Source: Tubiluchus corallicola (Eukaryota > Animalia > Priapulida). Taken from it: a stretch of DNA of 64,000 nucleotides. Of the stretch, positions 43,633 through 54,236 are shown in pieces. The notes beneath the pieces were generated by a model. The model was not told the origin of the DNA. It searched no databases and saw nothing but the letters and a program-made list of their open reading frames with translations. The DNA lies in NCBI GenBank assembly GCA_030141605.1, contig JAQGDQ010002402.1, forward strand, positions 19,194 through 83,193. The letters run 5' to 3'. Every line of letters starts with the position of its first letter. The stretch's first letter is position 1. The position numbers and the translations under genes were made by a program.

Positions 43633-43855
43633 ATAACCAAAATCATAAAAATAGAAAAGAAATATACAATACATAATAGGGGCAGATTGGTAATTCACCT
43701 CTATACAAATAAAAAATAAAAATACAGAAAGTTTGTATAAAAAATATGAGAAAATACTAAAATCGCCTATAAGTAGTACCAAAATATTAAAAAAAGAACT
43801 AAAAGTTATTTCATCTTTAGCTATTAGTTTTTAAATAAATTAGAAATTAATTATT

Positions 43856-44803
43856 ATGGACAGCAAAGTTTTTAACATAGAGACAATTGACCCAATTGAA
43901 ATATTTGGGGTGAACAACAAAAGGCTTGAGGCTTTAGCTGGTGAGTTCCCTAAGTTAAGTATTGTAGGTAGGGGTAATGAAATTAAAGTATCGGGCGAAG
44001 AAAGTGAGATTGTAAGATTTAGAAAGAAATTTAAACTACTGTTAGAGAACTATCGTGAATTTAACTTTATTAGTGACGATGCCTTTAATCATATTGTAAA
44101 AGGACGGTACGAAAATGTGATGAGCGAGGCAGATAAGGATGTAATTTTATACGGGGTAAATGGGAAACCAGTAAGAGCTTTGACCCACAATCAAAAGAAA
44201 CTTGAACGGTTATACCCCAAAAATGATATTATTTTTGCAGTAGGGCCTGCGGGTACTGGTAAAACTTATACTGCTATTGCCTTGGCAGTACGAGCATTGA
44301 AAAACAGAGAAGTACGGCGTATTATCCTGTGTCGCCCTGCAGTGGAGGCAGGTGAAAGCCTTGGTTTCTTACCGGGCGATTTGTTGGAAAAAATTACACC
44401 TTATCTTCAACCTTTGTACGATGCACTGGCAGATATGATTCCAAAAGGAAGATTAAAAGAGTACTTGGATGATGATGTAATTCAGATTTCACCTTTGGCA
44501 TATATGCGAGGACGAACATTGTCTGATGCAGTGGTAATACTGGATGAGGCTCAAAATGCTACAAACAAGCAGTTGAAAATGTTTTTAACACGTATGGGCA
44601 AAAACTCACATATGATTGTTACTGGCGATATTACACAAATTGACTTACCTCGTAGGAGTGATTCGGGACTGGTGTCGGCAGTAAATATTTTAAAAGAGAT
44701 TAAAGGTATTGAAACAATTATGTTCGACAAAGAAGATGTGGTGCGACATAGGTTGGTAAAGGATATTATTGAAGCATATGAAAAAGAAGAATTAAAAAAA
44801 TAA
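43856..44803 (+). CDS. phoH: PhoH-family ATPase
   Basis: GPAGTGKT, RPAVEAGESLGFLPG, MRGRTL. Confidence 0.92.
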   Translation: MDSKVFNIETIDPIEIFGVNNKRLEALAGEFPKLSIVGRGNEIKVSGEESEIVRFRKKFKLLLENYREFNFISDDAFNHIVKGRYENVMSEADKDVILYGVNGKPVRALTHNQKKLERLYPKNDIIFAVGPAGTGKTYTAIALAVRALKNREVRRIILCRPAVEAGESLGFLPGDLLEKITPYLQPLYDALADMIPKGRLKEYLDDDVIQISPLAYMRGRTLSDAVVILDEAQNATNKQLKMFLTRMGKNSHMIVTGDITQIDLPRRSDSGLVSAVNILKEIKGIETIMFDKEDVVRHRLVKDIIEAYEKEELKK

Positions 44804-44825
44804 GAATTAAAGTTTAGAAATTGTT

Positions 44826-45767
44826 ATGAATAATGCAGTAATTGAAACTAATTTTAAATTCCCAAATCAAAAAAGTTTTTACAAGGGAAAAGTGAGAGAT
44901 GTGTATAACATTGATGATAAGTATTTAGTAATGGTAGTAAGCGACAGGATTTCTGCATTTGATGTAGTGTTACCTGAAGGAATTCCTTACAAAGGGCAAG
45001 TGTTGAACCAAATTGCAGTAAGGTTTTTAGATGCAACAGCTGATATTGTGCCTAATTGGATGTTGTCGTCCCCCCATCCAATGGTTACTGTGGGGCATTT
45101 GACAAAACCTTTTAAGGTAGAGATGGTGATTAGAGGCTATCTTACAGGACACGCGTGGAGAGAGTATAAAGCAGGTAAAAGGGAACTATGTGGTGTACCA
45201 TTGCCTGATGGAATGGTAGAAAATCAAAAATTTGAAAAGCCTATTATTACCCCCACTACAAAAGAGGACGTAGGACACGATGAAGATATTTCGCGTGAGG
45301 CAATTATTAGTAATGGCTTAGTATCAGAAAAGGACTACAAGATGTTAGAAGACTACACGTACAAGTTATTTGAACGTGGAACGAAAATAGCAGCTGAAAA
45401 AGGGCTTATCTTGGTGGATACAAAATATGAGTTTGGGAAAAAGGAAAATGAAATTTACTTGATAGACGAGATACACACACCTGACTCGTCGCGTTATTTT
45501 TATGCTGATAAGTACGAAGAACGTTTAAATAAAGGAGAGGCTCAAAAACAACTGTCCAAAGAGTTTGTACGTGAGTGGTTGATGGAGAAAGGATTTCAAG
45601 GCAAGGAGGGAGAAACTGTTCCTGAAATGAATGAGGAGTTTGTAAAAAGCGTATCAAAAAGATACATAGAACTGTATGAATCTATTACGGGTGAAAAGTT
45701 TGAAAAACATAAAGGAATTGAAAATATAGAAAAAACAGTTTTAGACGAACTAATATCTAAAAATTAA
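44826..45767 (+). CDS. purC: SAICAR synthetase
   Basis: [32 protein letters not shown]. Confidence 0.95.
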   Translation: MNNAVIETNFKFPNQKSFYKGKVRDVYNIDDKYLVMVVSDRISAFDVVLPEGIPYKGQVLNQIAVRFLDATADIVPNWMLSSPHPMVTVGHLTKPFKVEMVIRGYLTGHAWREYKAGKRELCGVPLPDGMVENQKFEKPIITPTTKEDVGHDEDISREAIISNGLVSEKDYKMLEDYTYKLFERGTKIAAEKGLILVDTKYEFGKKENEIYLIDEIHTPDSSRYFYADKYEERLNKGEAQKQLSKEFVREWLMEKGFQGKEGETVPEMNEEFVKSVSKRYIELYESITGEKFEKHKGIENIEKTVLDELISKN

Positions 45768-45983
45768 GGTAATGTATTATCAATTTGGCAGAAAATAATA
45801 TACAATCTTAGTGCCATTCCTGATATATTACGAAGATTAAAAACTACAATTGATAAGAATACAGCGAGTGGATAGATGTTTCTTTCACTGGTTTGCCAGA
45901 TGAAGAAATACATAAGATGGCAAAAATATCTTTTTAACAAAGATGACACATTTTTTATATTTTAATTGTTATACTTTATAAAA

Positions 45984-46688
45984 ATGCATCTTTTTTATGT
46001 TCCACATATTAGTACCAACACTCAGGTATATACATTGAGTAAGGAAGAGTCGCGCCATATAGTAAAGGTATTACGCTCAAAAAAGGGAGATGCTATTACA
46101 CTTACTGATGGGCAAGGCAATATCTATTCTGCAAAGGTTTTGGAGGCTCATCCCAAACAATGCAAATTGCAAGTAATCGAACAAAAAAACGTACCACCAC
46201 GCTCCTATCGTTTGCATATGGCTATTGCTCCTACTAAGAACATTTTTCGTTTTGAGTGGTTTTTAGAAAAGGCTACGGAGATAGGTATAGAAGAAATAAC
46301 ACCTATTATTACTACTCGTTCCGAAAGAAAAATTTTGAAGGAAGAGAGGGCTAACAGTATTATTATTTCTGCTATGAAACAATCAAATAAGGCATATTGT
46401 CCTAAACTCAATCCCTTGACTTCTTTCAAAGAGTTAGTGGCTCAATATTTTGAGGGACAGAAATATATTGCCCACTGCCAGACTGCTGATTTACCATACC
46501 TCAAAAACAAAATAAAGCCAAATGAAAACACCTTGATACTTATAGGTCCTGAAGGTGATTTTTCGAACGAAGAGGTGGATATAGCTGTACAGAGTGGGTA
46601 TAACGAAGTGAGTTTAAGTCCTTACAGACTAAGAACAGAGACAGCAGGTATAGTAGCTTGTCATACCATTAATCTTATCAACACCTGA
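45984..46688 (+). CDS. rsmE: 16S rRNA m3U1498 methyltransferase
   Basis: HIVKVLR, EKATEIG, IGPEGDFS, RLRTETA. Confidence 0.93.
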   Translation: MHLFYVPHISTNTQVYTLSKEESRHIVKVLRSKKGDAITLTDGQGNIYSAKVLEAHPKQCKLQVIEQKNVPPRSYRLHMAIAPTKNIFRFEWFLEKATEIGIEEITPIITTRSERKILKEERANSIIISAMKQSNKAYCPKLNPLTSFKELVAQYFEGQKYIAHCQTADLPYLKNKIKPNENTLILIGPEGDFSNEEVDIAVQSGYNEVSLSPYRLRTETAGIVACHTINLINT

Positions 46689-46693
46689 AAGAA

Positions 46694-47344
46694 ATGAAAA
46701 GAGCAATATTTTTTGTCCTATTACTTGTAATTACTTGTCAATTGAAAGGACAAGTTCTAAAAATTGCCTTAATCAAATATAATGGAGGAGGCGACTGGTA
46801 TGCCAATCCTACTTCGTTAACCAACCTCATTGCCTTTTGCAATGAAAACCTTAATACTAACATACACCCCGAATACGCAACTGTAGATATAGGCAGTTCA
46901 CAAATTTTCAATTATCCCTATACACATATTACAGGACACGGCAATATTATATTTAGTACGCAAGAGGCAAAAAATCTTCGAAAATACTTGCTGGCAGGAG
47001 GCTTTCTACATATAGACGATAATTACGGCTTAGATGCTTATGTACGTAGAGAATTGAAGAAAGTATTTCCCGAAAGCAACCTTATAGAATTACCTCATAG
47101 CCACCCTATCTACCATCAAAAATACACATTTAGCAATGGGCTGCCTAAAATACACCAACACGATGATAAACCACCGCAAGGTTTTGGTTTGTTTTACAAA
47201 GGACGGTTAGTAGTGTTTTATACTTACGAAACAGACCTTGGCGATGGATGGGAAGACCAAGAGGTGCATAACAACAGCCAAGAGAGAAGACTGGAGGCAC
47301 TAAAAATGGGAGCTAATATTATTGCTTATTGCTTTGGCAATTAA
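46694..47344 (+). CDS. DUF4159-family protein
   Basis: YNGGGDWY, GGFLHIDDNYG, DLGDGWE. Confidence 0.8.
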   Translation: MKRAIFFVLLLVITCQLKGQVLKIALIKYNGGGDWYANPTSLTNLIAFCNENLNTNIHPEYATVDIGSSQIFNYPYTHITGHGNIIFSTQEAKNLRKYLLAGGFLHIDDNYGLDAYVRRELKKVFPESNLIELPHSHPIYHQKYTFSNGLPKIHQHDDKPPQGFGLFYKGRLVVFYTYETDLGDGWEDQEVHNNSQERRLEALKMGANIIAYCFGN

Positions 47345-47561
47345 CGTAGAAAATATGAAAAAATACCAGTAATAAAGATTTTTTAAAAAAAAGTACAAAA
47401 AATTTTTATTTGTCATTTTTCTTATTATCTTTACTACGTGTTTTCTTTATTCTTTTAATCGCAAAAAGAATTTGACAAAATTTTTTTTCAACACACATAA
47501 TATACTATACCTTTATAATTTTTAATAACAAAACTTATTTCAAATACAATAAATTAGCCCT

Positions 47562-49484
47562 ATGAAAAAAAAACCTACATACGAAGAATTAGAGCACAAG
47601 CTAAAAATAATGCGTAAGCAACATCTGGAAACGCAAAAAAGGCTAGATGCTATATTAAACAATTCTCTTTTTGGCATATTCGAAGCAAATGAACAAGGCG
47701 AACTGACTTATGTAAATCAAGTTGCTGCTGAACTTGGTGGTTGTGAAACCCCAGAGGAAATGCTTTCTGTCCCCACATCTACATTTTATCAGAATAAAAA
47801 AGACGAAGACCTTTTTATTAATACATTAAAAAATAAACGCAAATTAGACTTTTACGAAGTAGAAGTGATAACAAAAAAAGGTGAAAAGAAAGTCGTTGGT
47901 TTTAGTGCTGTCCAAGAAAAAGAAAGATTATTAGGAATAGCATTAGACATTACAAAACAGATTGAAGCAGTACAAAATCTAAAAATTATAACAGATAATT
48001 CCTTGGTTGGTATTATTAGAACTCACCTTAATGGAGATGTTATTTATTTAAACAAAGTAGCACTTAAAATGGTTGAGCACGAATTAACAGAAAAAGTGGG
48101 AAAATTAAATGCTGCTAGTTTCTACAAATATCCCAAAGAAAGAGATAGGTATATAGAACTATTGCGAAAAAACGGTAGAGTAGATAGTATAGAGATGAGT
48201 TTTATTACTAAAAAAGGAAATACCAAGAGCATTACTATAAGTGCTTCGCTATCAGGGAATGAAATAGTTGCAGTAGCATTGGATACTACAAAAAGAAAAG
48301 AATATGAACAACAACTAAAAGAAGCTAAAATAAAAGCAGAACAAGCTTCTGATACTAAGGCAGCATTCTTATCAACAATGAGCCACGAGATAAGAACACC
48401 AATGAATGCCATTATAGGACTAAGCAATTTACTGTTAGAAAATTCGCCACAGAGACATCAGCTTGGTCATCTTAATGTATTAAAATTTAGTGCAGAAAAT
48501 CTACTACTACTTATTAATGATATATTAGATTACAGCAAAATAGAAGCACACAAAGTTAAATTTGAAGAAAAAAGCTTCAATATCTATGAACTATTAAAGA
48601 ATATTAGACAATCACAACAGCATAAAACTTCAGAAAAGAACATAGCTTTCAATCTAAATATAGACCCCACTACCCCAAAAGACATTAAAGGAGATAAACT
48701 AAGACTATCACAAATACTTACTAACTTAGTCAACAACGCCATCAAATTTACAGAACAAGGAAGCATTACCATTAATGCTATAACACAAAAGAAAAAAGAC
48801 GGAACATTTAACATTAAGTTTCAAGTAAAAGATACAGGTATAGGAATATCTCCAGATAGAATCAAAAAAATATTTAACGAATTTGAACAAGAAAGAGCAA
48901 GTACCACTCGAAAATATGGAGGAACAGGGCTGGGACTATCAATATCCAAAAAACTAATAAAACTACAAGGAGGCACAATAACTGTAGAAAGTGAAATAGA
49001 TAAAGGTTCTATATTCCAATTTATCCTTAATTTTAAAAAAGGAAGCCCTCGCTCTCGCATAAAACGAGAAGACTTAAACATAGAAGAAGAAAGCTTAGAT
49101 GGACTTAATATTCTGCTCGTAGAAGATAATCCTGTAAATGTAATGGTAGCACAAAGCTTTTTGAAAAAATGGAATATCTCTACAGACACAGCAGAAAATG
49201 GAAAAATAGCCACAGAAAAAGTAGACCAAAATGACTACGACCTAATACTTATGGACATACAAATGCCTGTAATGGATGGGCTACAAGCAACAAAACATAT
49301 AAGAAAACACCCTAACAATACAAAAGCTAAGACCCCTATCATAGCACTTACAGCATCAGTAATAAGTACAGAGCTAAAAAAGATAAAAGCAGCAGGGCTT
49401 GATGATATTATATTAAAACCCTTCGACCCTAAAAAATTGTATGCCAAACTAAACACATATAGAAGTGAAAAAATATTATCGTGA
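47562..49484 (+). CDS. Cytoplasmic PAS-PAS hybrid histidine kinase/receiver
   Basis: MSHEIRTPMN H-box, N/G boxes, LLVEDN...ILMDIQMP receiver. Confidence 0.92.
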   Translation: MKKKPTYEELEHKLKIMRKQHLETQKRLDAILNNSLFGIFEANEQGELTYVNQVAAELGGCETPEEMLSVPTSTFYQNKKDEDLFINTLKNKRKLDFYEVEVITKKGEKKVVGFSAVQEKERLLGIALDITKQIEAVQNLKIITDNSLVGIIRTHLNGDVIYLNKVALKMVEHELTEKVGKLNAASFYKYPKERDRYIELLRKNGRVDSIEMSFITKKGNTKSITISASLSGNEIVAVALDTTKRKEYEQQLKEAKIKAEQASDTKAAFLSTMSHEIRTPMNAIIGLSNLLLENSPQRHQLGHLNVLKFSAENLLLLINDILDYSKIEAHKVKFEEKSFNIYELLKNIRQSQQHKTSEKNIAFNLNIDPTTPKDIKGDKLRLSQILTNLVNNAIKFTEQGSITINAITQKKKDGTFNIKFQVKDTGIGISPDRIKKIFNEFEQERASTTRKYGGTGLGLSISKKLIKLQGGTITVESEIDKGSIFQFILNFKKGSPRSRIKREDLNIEEESLDGLNILLVEDNPVNVMVAQSFLKKWNISTDTAENGKIATEKVDQNDYDLILMDIQMPVMDGLQATKHIRKHPNNTKAKTPIIALTASVISTELKKIKAAGLDDIILKPFDPKKLYAKLNTYRSEKILS

Positions 49485-49513
49485 CCTACTATAATTTAAG
49501 AAAACACAATTAA

Positions 49514-50782
49514 TCACGTTTTTGTTTTTTTAATGTTATTAAGTCTTTCTTGAGCATTGTTTTCTTGAGGATTATTTTGAGCGTGATAAAATTGTGTCTT
49601 TTTTAGTTTTTCTGGCAAATAAGCTTGCTCCACATAATTGCTTTCATAGTCGTAAGCATACTTATAGTCCTTTCCATACCCAAGGTCTTTCATCAATTTT
49701 GTAGGAGCATTACGTAAATGCAGAGGAACAGATAAATTACCTGTTTCTTTTACAGTACTTTGTGCATTTTTAATAGCTTGATAAGCAGAGTTGCTTTTAG
49801 GCGACATAGCAAGATATATGGTAATTTCAGCAAGAGGTATACGCCCTTCAGGCATTCCTATATTAGCAATTGCTTGAAAACAACTATTAGCAAGAAGCAA
49901 AGCATTAGGATTGGCTAAGCCAATGTCCTCTGCAGCTGATATAATAAGGCGTCGAGCAATAAACTTAGGGTCTTCTCCCCCCTCTATCATACGTGCCAGC
50001 CAGTAGATAGCTGCATCAGGGTCAGAGCCTCTTATAGACTTTATAAAAGCAGATATAATATCATAGTGCAATTCGCCGTTCTTATCATATTGAGCAATAT
50101 TTTGCTGTATGACTTGTGTTACCTTTCGGTTAGTAATGATTATTTTATTATCCTTTTCAGTACCAACAATGAGTTCTATGATATTAAGTAATTTTCGTGC
50201 ATCGCCTCCACTATGCTTTAGTAAAGTATCTTTTTCTTTGAAAATTATTTTCTTGTTTTTTAACTCTGAGTCCTTTTTCACAGTCTTATCAATAAGCTGC
50301 TGAAGACCTTCTCTATCCAAAGGGTTTAAAACATAAGTTTGACAACGCGAAAGTAAAGGAGAAATAACCTCGAAAGAAGGATTTTCGGTAGTAGCACCTA
50401 TCAAAGTAATAGTACCTTGCTCTACAGCTTGTAGTAATGAATCTTGTTGCGACTTAGAAAAACGATGAATCTCATCTATAAAAAGTATTGGATTGGGAGT
50501 ATTAAGATACTGTTGTTTTTTAGCCCTCTCTATAGTTTCTCTTATATCCTTCACACCCGAATTGATAGCACTAAGAGTGTAGAAAGAGCGTTTCAATTGT
50601 AAAGCTATAATATTTGCAAGAGTTGTTTTACCCACACCAGGAGGTCCCCACAATATGATAGAACTAAGAGAGTTACCTTCTATCATCTGGCGTAAAGGAG
50701 CATTTTTACCTACAAGATGCTGCTGTCCAATATAGTCATCTAAGGTAGTAGGTCGCATTCGCTCTGCAAGGGGCGTGTTCAT
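49514..50782 (-). CDS. rarA: Replication-associated recombination protein A
   Basis: PLAERMRP, GPPGVGKTT, DEIHRF, GATTENP. Confidence 0.95.
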   Translation of the reverse strand: MNTPLAERMRPTTLDDYIGQQHLVGKNAPLRQMIEGNSLSSIILWGPPGVGKTTLANIIALQLKRSFYTLSAINSGVKDIRETIERAKKQQYLNTPNPILFIDEIHRFSKSQQDSLLQAVEQGTITLIGATTENPSFEVISPLLSRCQTYVLNPLDREGLQQLIDKTVKKDSELKNKKIIFKEKDTLLKHSGGDARKLLNIIELIVGTEKDNKIIITNRKVTQVIQQNIAQYDKNGELHYDIISAFIKSIRGSDPDAAIYWLARMIEGGEDPKFIARRLIISAAEDIGLANPNALLLANSCFQAIANIGMPEGRIPLAEITIYLAMSPKSNSAYQAIKNAQSTVKETGNLSVPLHLRNAPTKLMKDLGYGKDYKYAYDYESNYVEQAYLPEKLKKTQFYHAQNNPQENNAQERLNNIKKTKT

Positions 50783-50820
50783 CTATATACAAGTTATTTT
50801 TCCCATTCACAATTATTAAT

Positions 50821-51483
50821 TTACCAGCTGATAGTTTGCAATTTCTTTTCTTTAAGATAATTATTTGTTTTACTAAAATGCTTGTTCCCAAAAAATCCTC
50901 TATCTGCAGAGAAAGGCGATGGGTGGGCTGATGTAAGCACAAGGTGTTTATCTGTATCTATCAAATCAGTTTTCTTTTGAGCATACGCACCCCAAAAAAT
51001 AAATACTATGTTTTCTTTCTCCTTAGAAATAAGCTGAATAACAGCATCTGTAAACTGCTCCCATCCTTTGTTTTGGTGCGATCCTGCACTGCCAGCTCTC
51101 ACCGTAAGAGTAGCATTGAGCAACAAAATACCTTGATTTGCCCAACGTTCAAGGTTTCCAGAATCTGGCACAGGAATATTTAAGTCGCTTTCTATTTCTT
51201 TGAAAATATTCTGTAAAGAAGGAGGTTTTCTAACACTGTCAGGCACAGAAAAACACAAACCGTGAGCCTGTCCATAGCCATGGTAAGGATCTTGACCAAG
51301 TATAACCACTCTAACATCGTTAAAAGGACATTTGTCAAAGGCCTTGAAAATATCTTTCCCCTTAGGATAAATAGTATTACTTTTTCGTTCCTCCTTTATG
51401 AAATTTACTAAATCTTCAAAGTATTGTTTCTCAAATTCAGGTTGTAGGATTTTTTTCCAAGAATTTTCTATTGCTACATTCAT
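50821..51483 (-). CDS. ung: Uracil-DNA glycosylase
   Basis: GQDPYH, HPSPFS. Confidence 0.97.
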   Translation of the reverse strand: MNVAIENSWKKILQPEFEKQYFEDLVNFIKEERKSNTIYPKGKDIFKAFDKCPFNDVRVVILGQDPYHGYGQAHGLCFSVPDSVRKPPSLQNIFKEIESDLNIPVPDSGNLERWANQGILLLNATLTVRAGSAGSHQNKGWEQFTDAVIQLISKEKENIVFIFWGAYAQKKTDLIDTDKHLVLTSAHPSPFSADRGFFGNKHFSKTNNYLKEKKLQTISW

Positions 51484-51486
51484 TGT

Positions 51487-52071
51487 TCAAGTGTTAAGTT
51501 TATCTTTTTCAATTAAATTTATAGCCTCCAGAAGATCATTATACCAAGCCTCCCCATACTCTCGAATAAGAGCCTCCCTACAAAACTTATAAATAGGTTT
51601 GTTGAGTTTCTCACCCAACAAGCAAGCGTCAACGCAAATACTCCATTCATCATAATTCAAAGCATCGTACTTTTCGTATCTGTTAATCCTAATGGGATAT
51701 AAATGACAAGAAATAGGCTTTTCAAAATCTATTTCATTATTGTTATAGGCTTTTTCTATAGCACATTCTATTATATCCTGCCCATTTTTCACAACATAAA
51801 CACATTCCTTGTTGTTGATAAGTGGAGTGGTAAGTTCTCCTTCAAAATCTATCATAGAAGTACCTTGTTTCTTTATCGCCTCTACAGCTTGCAAGGATAA
51901 GTACTTTTTTACCTTTGGGAATATTTCTTCCAATACTACCTTTTCAGTTTCCTTTACAGGAGCTCCTGAATCACCTTCCACACAACAAATACCCTTGCAC
52001 TTGCTAATATTACAAATAAAGTTCTTCTCTATAAGGTCTCTGCTTATTATAGTATTGCCTATTTGTATCAT
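51487..52071 (-). CDS. DUF3109-family Cys-rich protein
   Basis: CKGICCVEGDSGAP, KPISCHLYPIR. Confidence 0.8.
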   Translation of the reverse strand: MIQIGNTIISRDLIEKNFICNISKCKGICCVEGDSGAPVKETEKVVLEEIFPKVKKYLSLQAVEAIKKQGTSMIDFEGELTTPLINNKECVYVVKNGQDIIECAIEKAYNNNEIDFEKPISCHLYPIRINRYEKYDALNYDEWSICVDACLLGEKLNKPIYKFCREALIREYGEAWYNDLLEAINLIEKDKLNT

Positions 52072-52193
52072 TTATTTTTTTTGAATAATGAAGTAAAAAT
52101 AATGAAAATTTTCTCCCTGACAAAAAACTATATTTCATTATTCTTTTTTGTAAAGTTTCGATTTATTCATTACTTTTGTGACTCTCTAAAAAA

Positions 52194-52266
52194 GGACTCG
52201 TAGCTTAATGGATAGAGCATCTGACTACGGATCAGAAGGTTGGGGGTTCGACTCCCTCCGAGTTCA
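52194..52266 (+). tRNA. tRNA-Arg (ACG)
   Basis: Acceptor GGACTCG/CGAGTTC, anticodon arm TCTGA-CTACGGA-TCAGA, TTCGACT loop; CCA not encoded. Confidence 0.95.
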
Positions 52267-52511
52267 CTTTGTTTAAAAAAACATCCTTTTTATTAAAGGT
52301 TTTAGAAGTGCCTTTAATTTTTACGGTTGTATTTACAGCCTTTTTAATGTGAGAAATTTTTTCTAAATAAAAGAGACTTCACCTAAGAAAACAATACAAA
52401 CATAATAATTAACTTATTAAAATCTTACATTTGATAGAGAGCGATTTTGGTTAAGAAATTATTTGTTTGCATACTTGTGTAGAAGATAATTATTAGTTAT
52501 AAATGTTTTGG

Positions 52512-52543
52512 AAGGGAGTAGCCTGTTGCTACTCCCTTTTTTG
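52512..52543. terminator. Intrinsic terminator-like hairpin
   Basis: AAGGGAGTAGC-CTGTT-GCTACTCCCTT followed by a T run, between converging units. Confidence 0.75.
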
Positions 52544-52592
52544 TTTTACACAGTAAGAATAAATTAAGATGCAACACAAAACACATCAAGCA

Positions 52593-54101
52593 TTATCCCA
52601 AAGCCCAACCAGCTAACACACTTCCAATAAGAGTTAACAGCATTAATGCTGTTGGGTCAAGAATAACCCCGGCTCTTATCATATTACTTATCCGTAGCTC
52701 GCCACTAGCAAAAATAATTGCATTTGGTGGAGTACCCATAGGCAAGGAAAATACACAACTAGTTGCTACTATCATTGGTGCTGCAAATATCACAGGGTCA
52801 TAGCCAAAGGATACACCAATACCCACAATTACAGGTAGAAAAATTGTTGCTAAGGCCGTGTTGCTCATAAACTCAGTAAATAACAGCATAATTCCCATCA
52901 GAACAAAAGTCAACATTTTTATAGACAATTCTTTATTACTGCTTATAAAATCGCCAAAAACAGTCAATACACCCGTGCTGCTCAATGCAGAAGCAATGCT
53001 TAAACCTCCACCAAAGAGGAGCAATACACCCCACGGTAGTTTATGAGTATCTTTCCATTCGAGCAGCCGCTCTCCTGAGGCATAAGAAGTGGGAACAACA
53101 AAGAAAAGAACACTTACAAATACAGCAATAGAGGTGTCACTGATAGTTGTTCCTAACAAATAGTTCAATCCACTTCGTGTAACCCACAAAAATGCTGCAG
53201 AAATAAATATAATAAACGTTGCTCTTTCTTCCATCCCCATCCTTCCCAAGCCCTTTATTTCATTATGTAGTATTTCTTTAAAACCATCAATAGTTCCTAT
53301 TTTATTTGGATATACTATTCTTGTTAAAACTATATACATTATAAATATCATCAGTACAACAACAGGCATTGTAAATACCATCCAGTCTAAAAAACTAATC
53401 TCTAAATTATAAATATCATTCATATATCCTGCAAATATTGCATTTGGAGGCGAACCAATTAAAGTTCCCATTCCTCCAATACTAGCACCATATGCAACAC
53501 CAAGTAACATTGCTATTCTCAAATTTTTCACCTTCTGAGAATTAACATCCATATTTTTGGAAATCATACCCACTACAGAAAGTATAATTGGAAGCATCAT
53601 AACAGCAGTAGCTGTATTTGAAATCCACATACTTAAAAAAGCACTTGCAATAATAAAACCCAAAATAATAAAATTGGCTCTCGAACCCATTACCTTTAAT
53701 ATTACTAAAGCTATTCGTTTGTGCAAGTTCCATTTTTCTAATGCTAAAGCAATAATAAAACCACCTAAAAAAAGAAAAATAACAGAACTACTATATGGTG
53801 CTACTACTTCGCCCACAGTCATTATGCCCAACGATGGAAAAATAACAATAGGCAATAAAGAAGTGGCAGCAAGAGGAATAAACTCCGTAATCCACCAGAT
53901 AAGCATCCACAACGCAAGTGCCATTATTTGATGAGTTCGCACATCAAGCACATCAAATACTATAAAGTAGTGCGACAAAATGAATAAACCAGGGCCTATC
54001 GCATTTATTCCCCATTTTAAAAGAGTGCCAATAGTTACTTTTGTTCCTTTTTGCTTATGTCGATTTCTATCCGTTTTCCAAGAAGATTCTATTATATTCA
54101 T
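52593..54101 (-). CDS. DASS/SLC13 sodium-coupled anion symporter
   Basis: Two SNT motifs (WISNTAT, FMSNTA), GSPPN/GTPPN. Confidence 0.92.
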   Translation of the reverse strand: MNIIESSWKTDRNRHKQKGTKVTIGTLLKWGINAIGPGLFILSHYFIVFDVLDVRTHQIMALALWMLIWWITEFIPLAATSLLPIVIFPSLGIMTVGEVVAPYSSSVIFLFLGGFIIALALEKWNLHKRIALVILKVMGSRANFIILGFIIASAFLSMWISNTATAVMMLPIILSVVGMISKNMDVNSQKVKNLRIAMLLGVAYGASIGGMGTLIGSPPNAIFAGYMNDIYNLEISFLDWMVFTMPVVVLMIFIMYIVLTRIVYPNKIGTIDGFKEILHNEIKGLGRMGMEERATFIIFISAAFLWVTRSGLNYLLGTTISDTSIAVFVSVLFFVVPTSYASGERLLEWKDTHKLPWGVLLLFGGGLSIASALSSTGVLTVFGDFISSNKELSIKMLTFVLMGIMLLFTEFMSNTALATIFLPVIVGIGVSFGYDPVIFAAPMIVATSCVFSLPMGTPPNAIIFASGELRISNMIRAGVILDPTALMLLTLIGSVLAGWALG

Positions 54102-54236
54102 TGTATTTCTGTTTAAATAATACGAAAATACATTATAATTTCAAATATAGATATATAAAACAAATACTTTCAGTATTTTCTAAATTTATTTATTTGAAAA
54201 TAAACCTTTATTTTTGTGCAAAAAGAAACATCGCGA

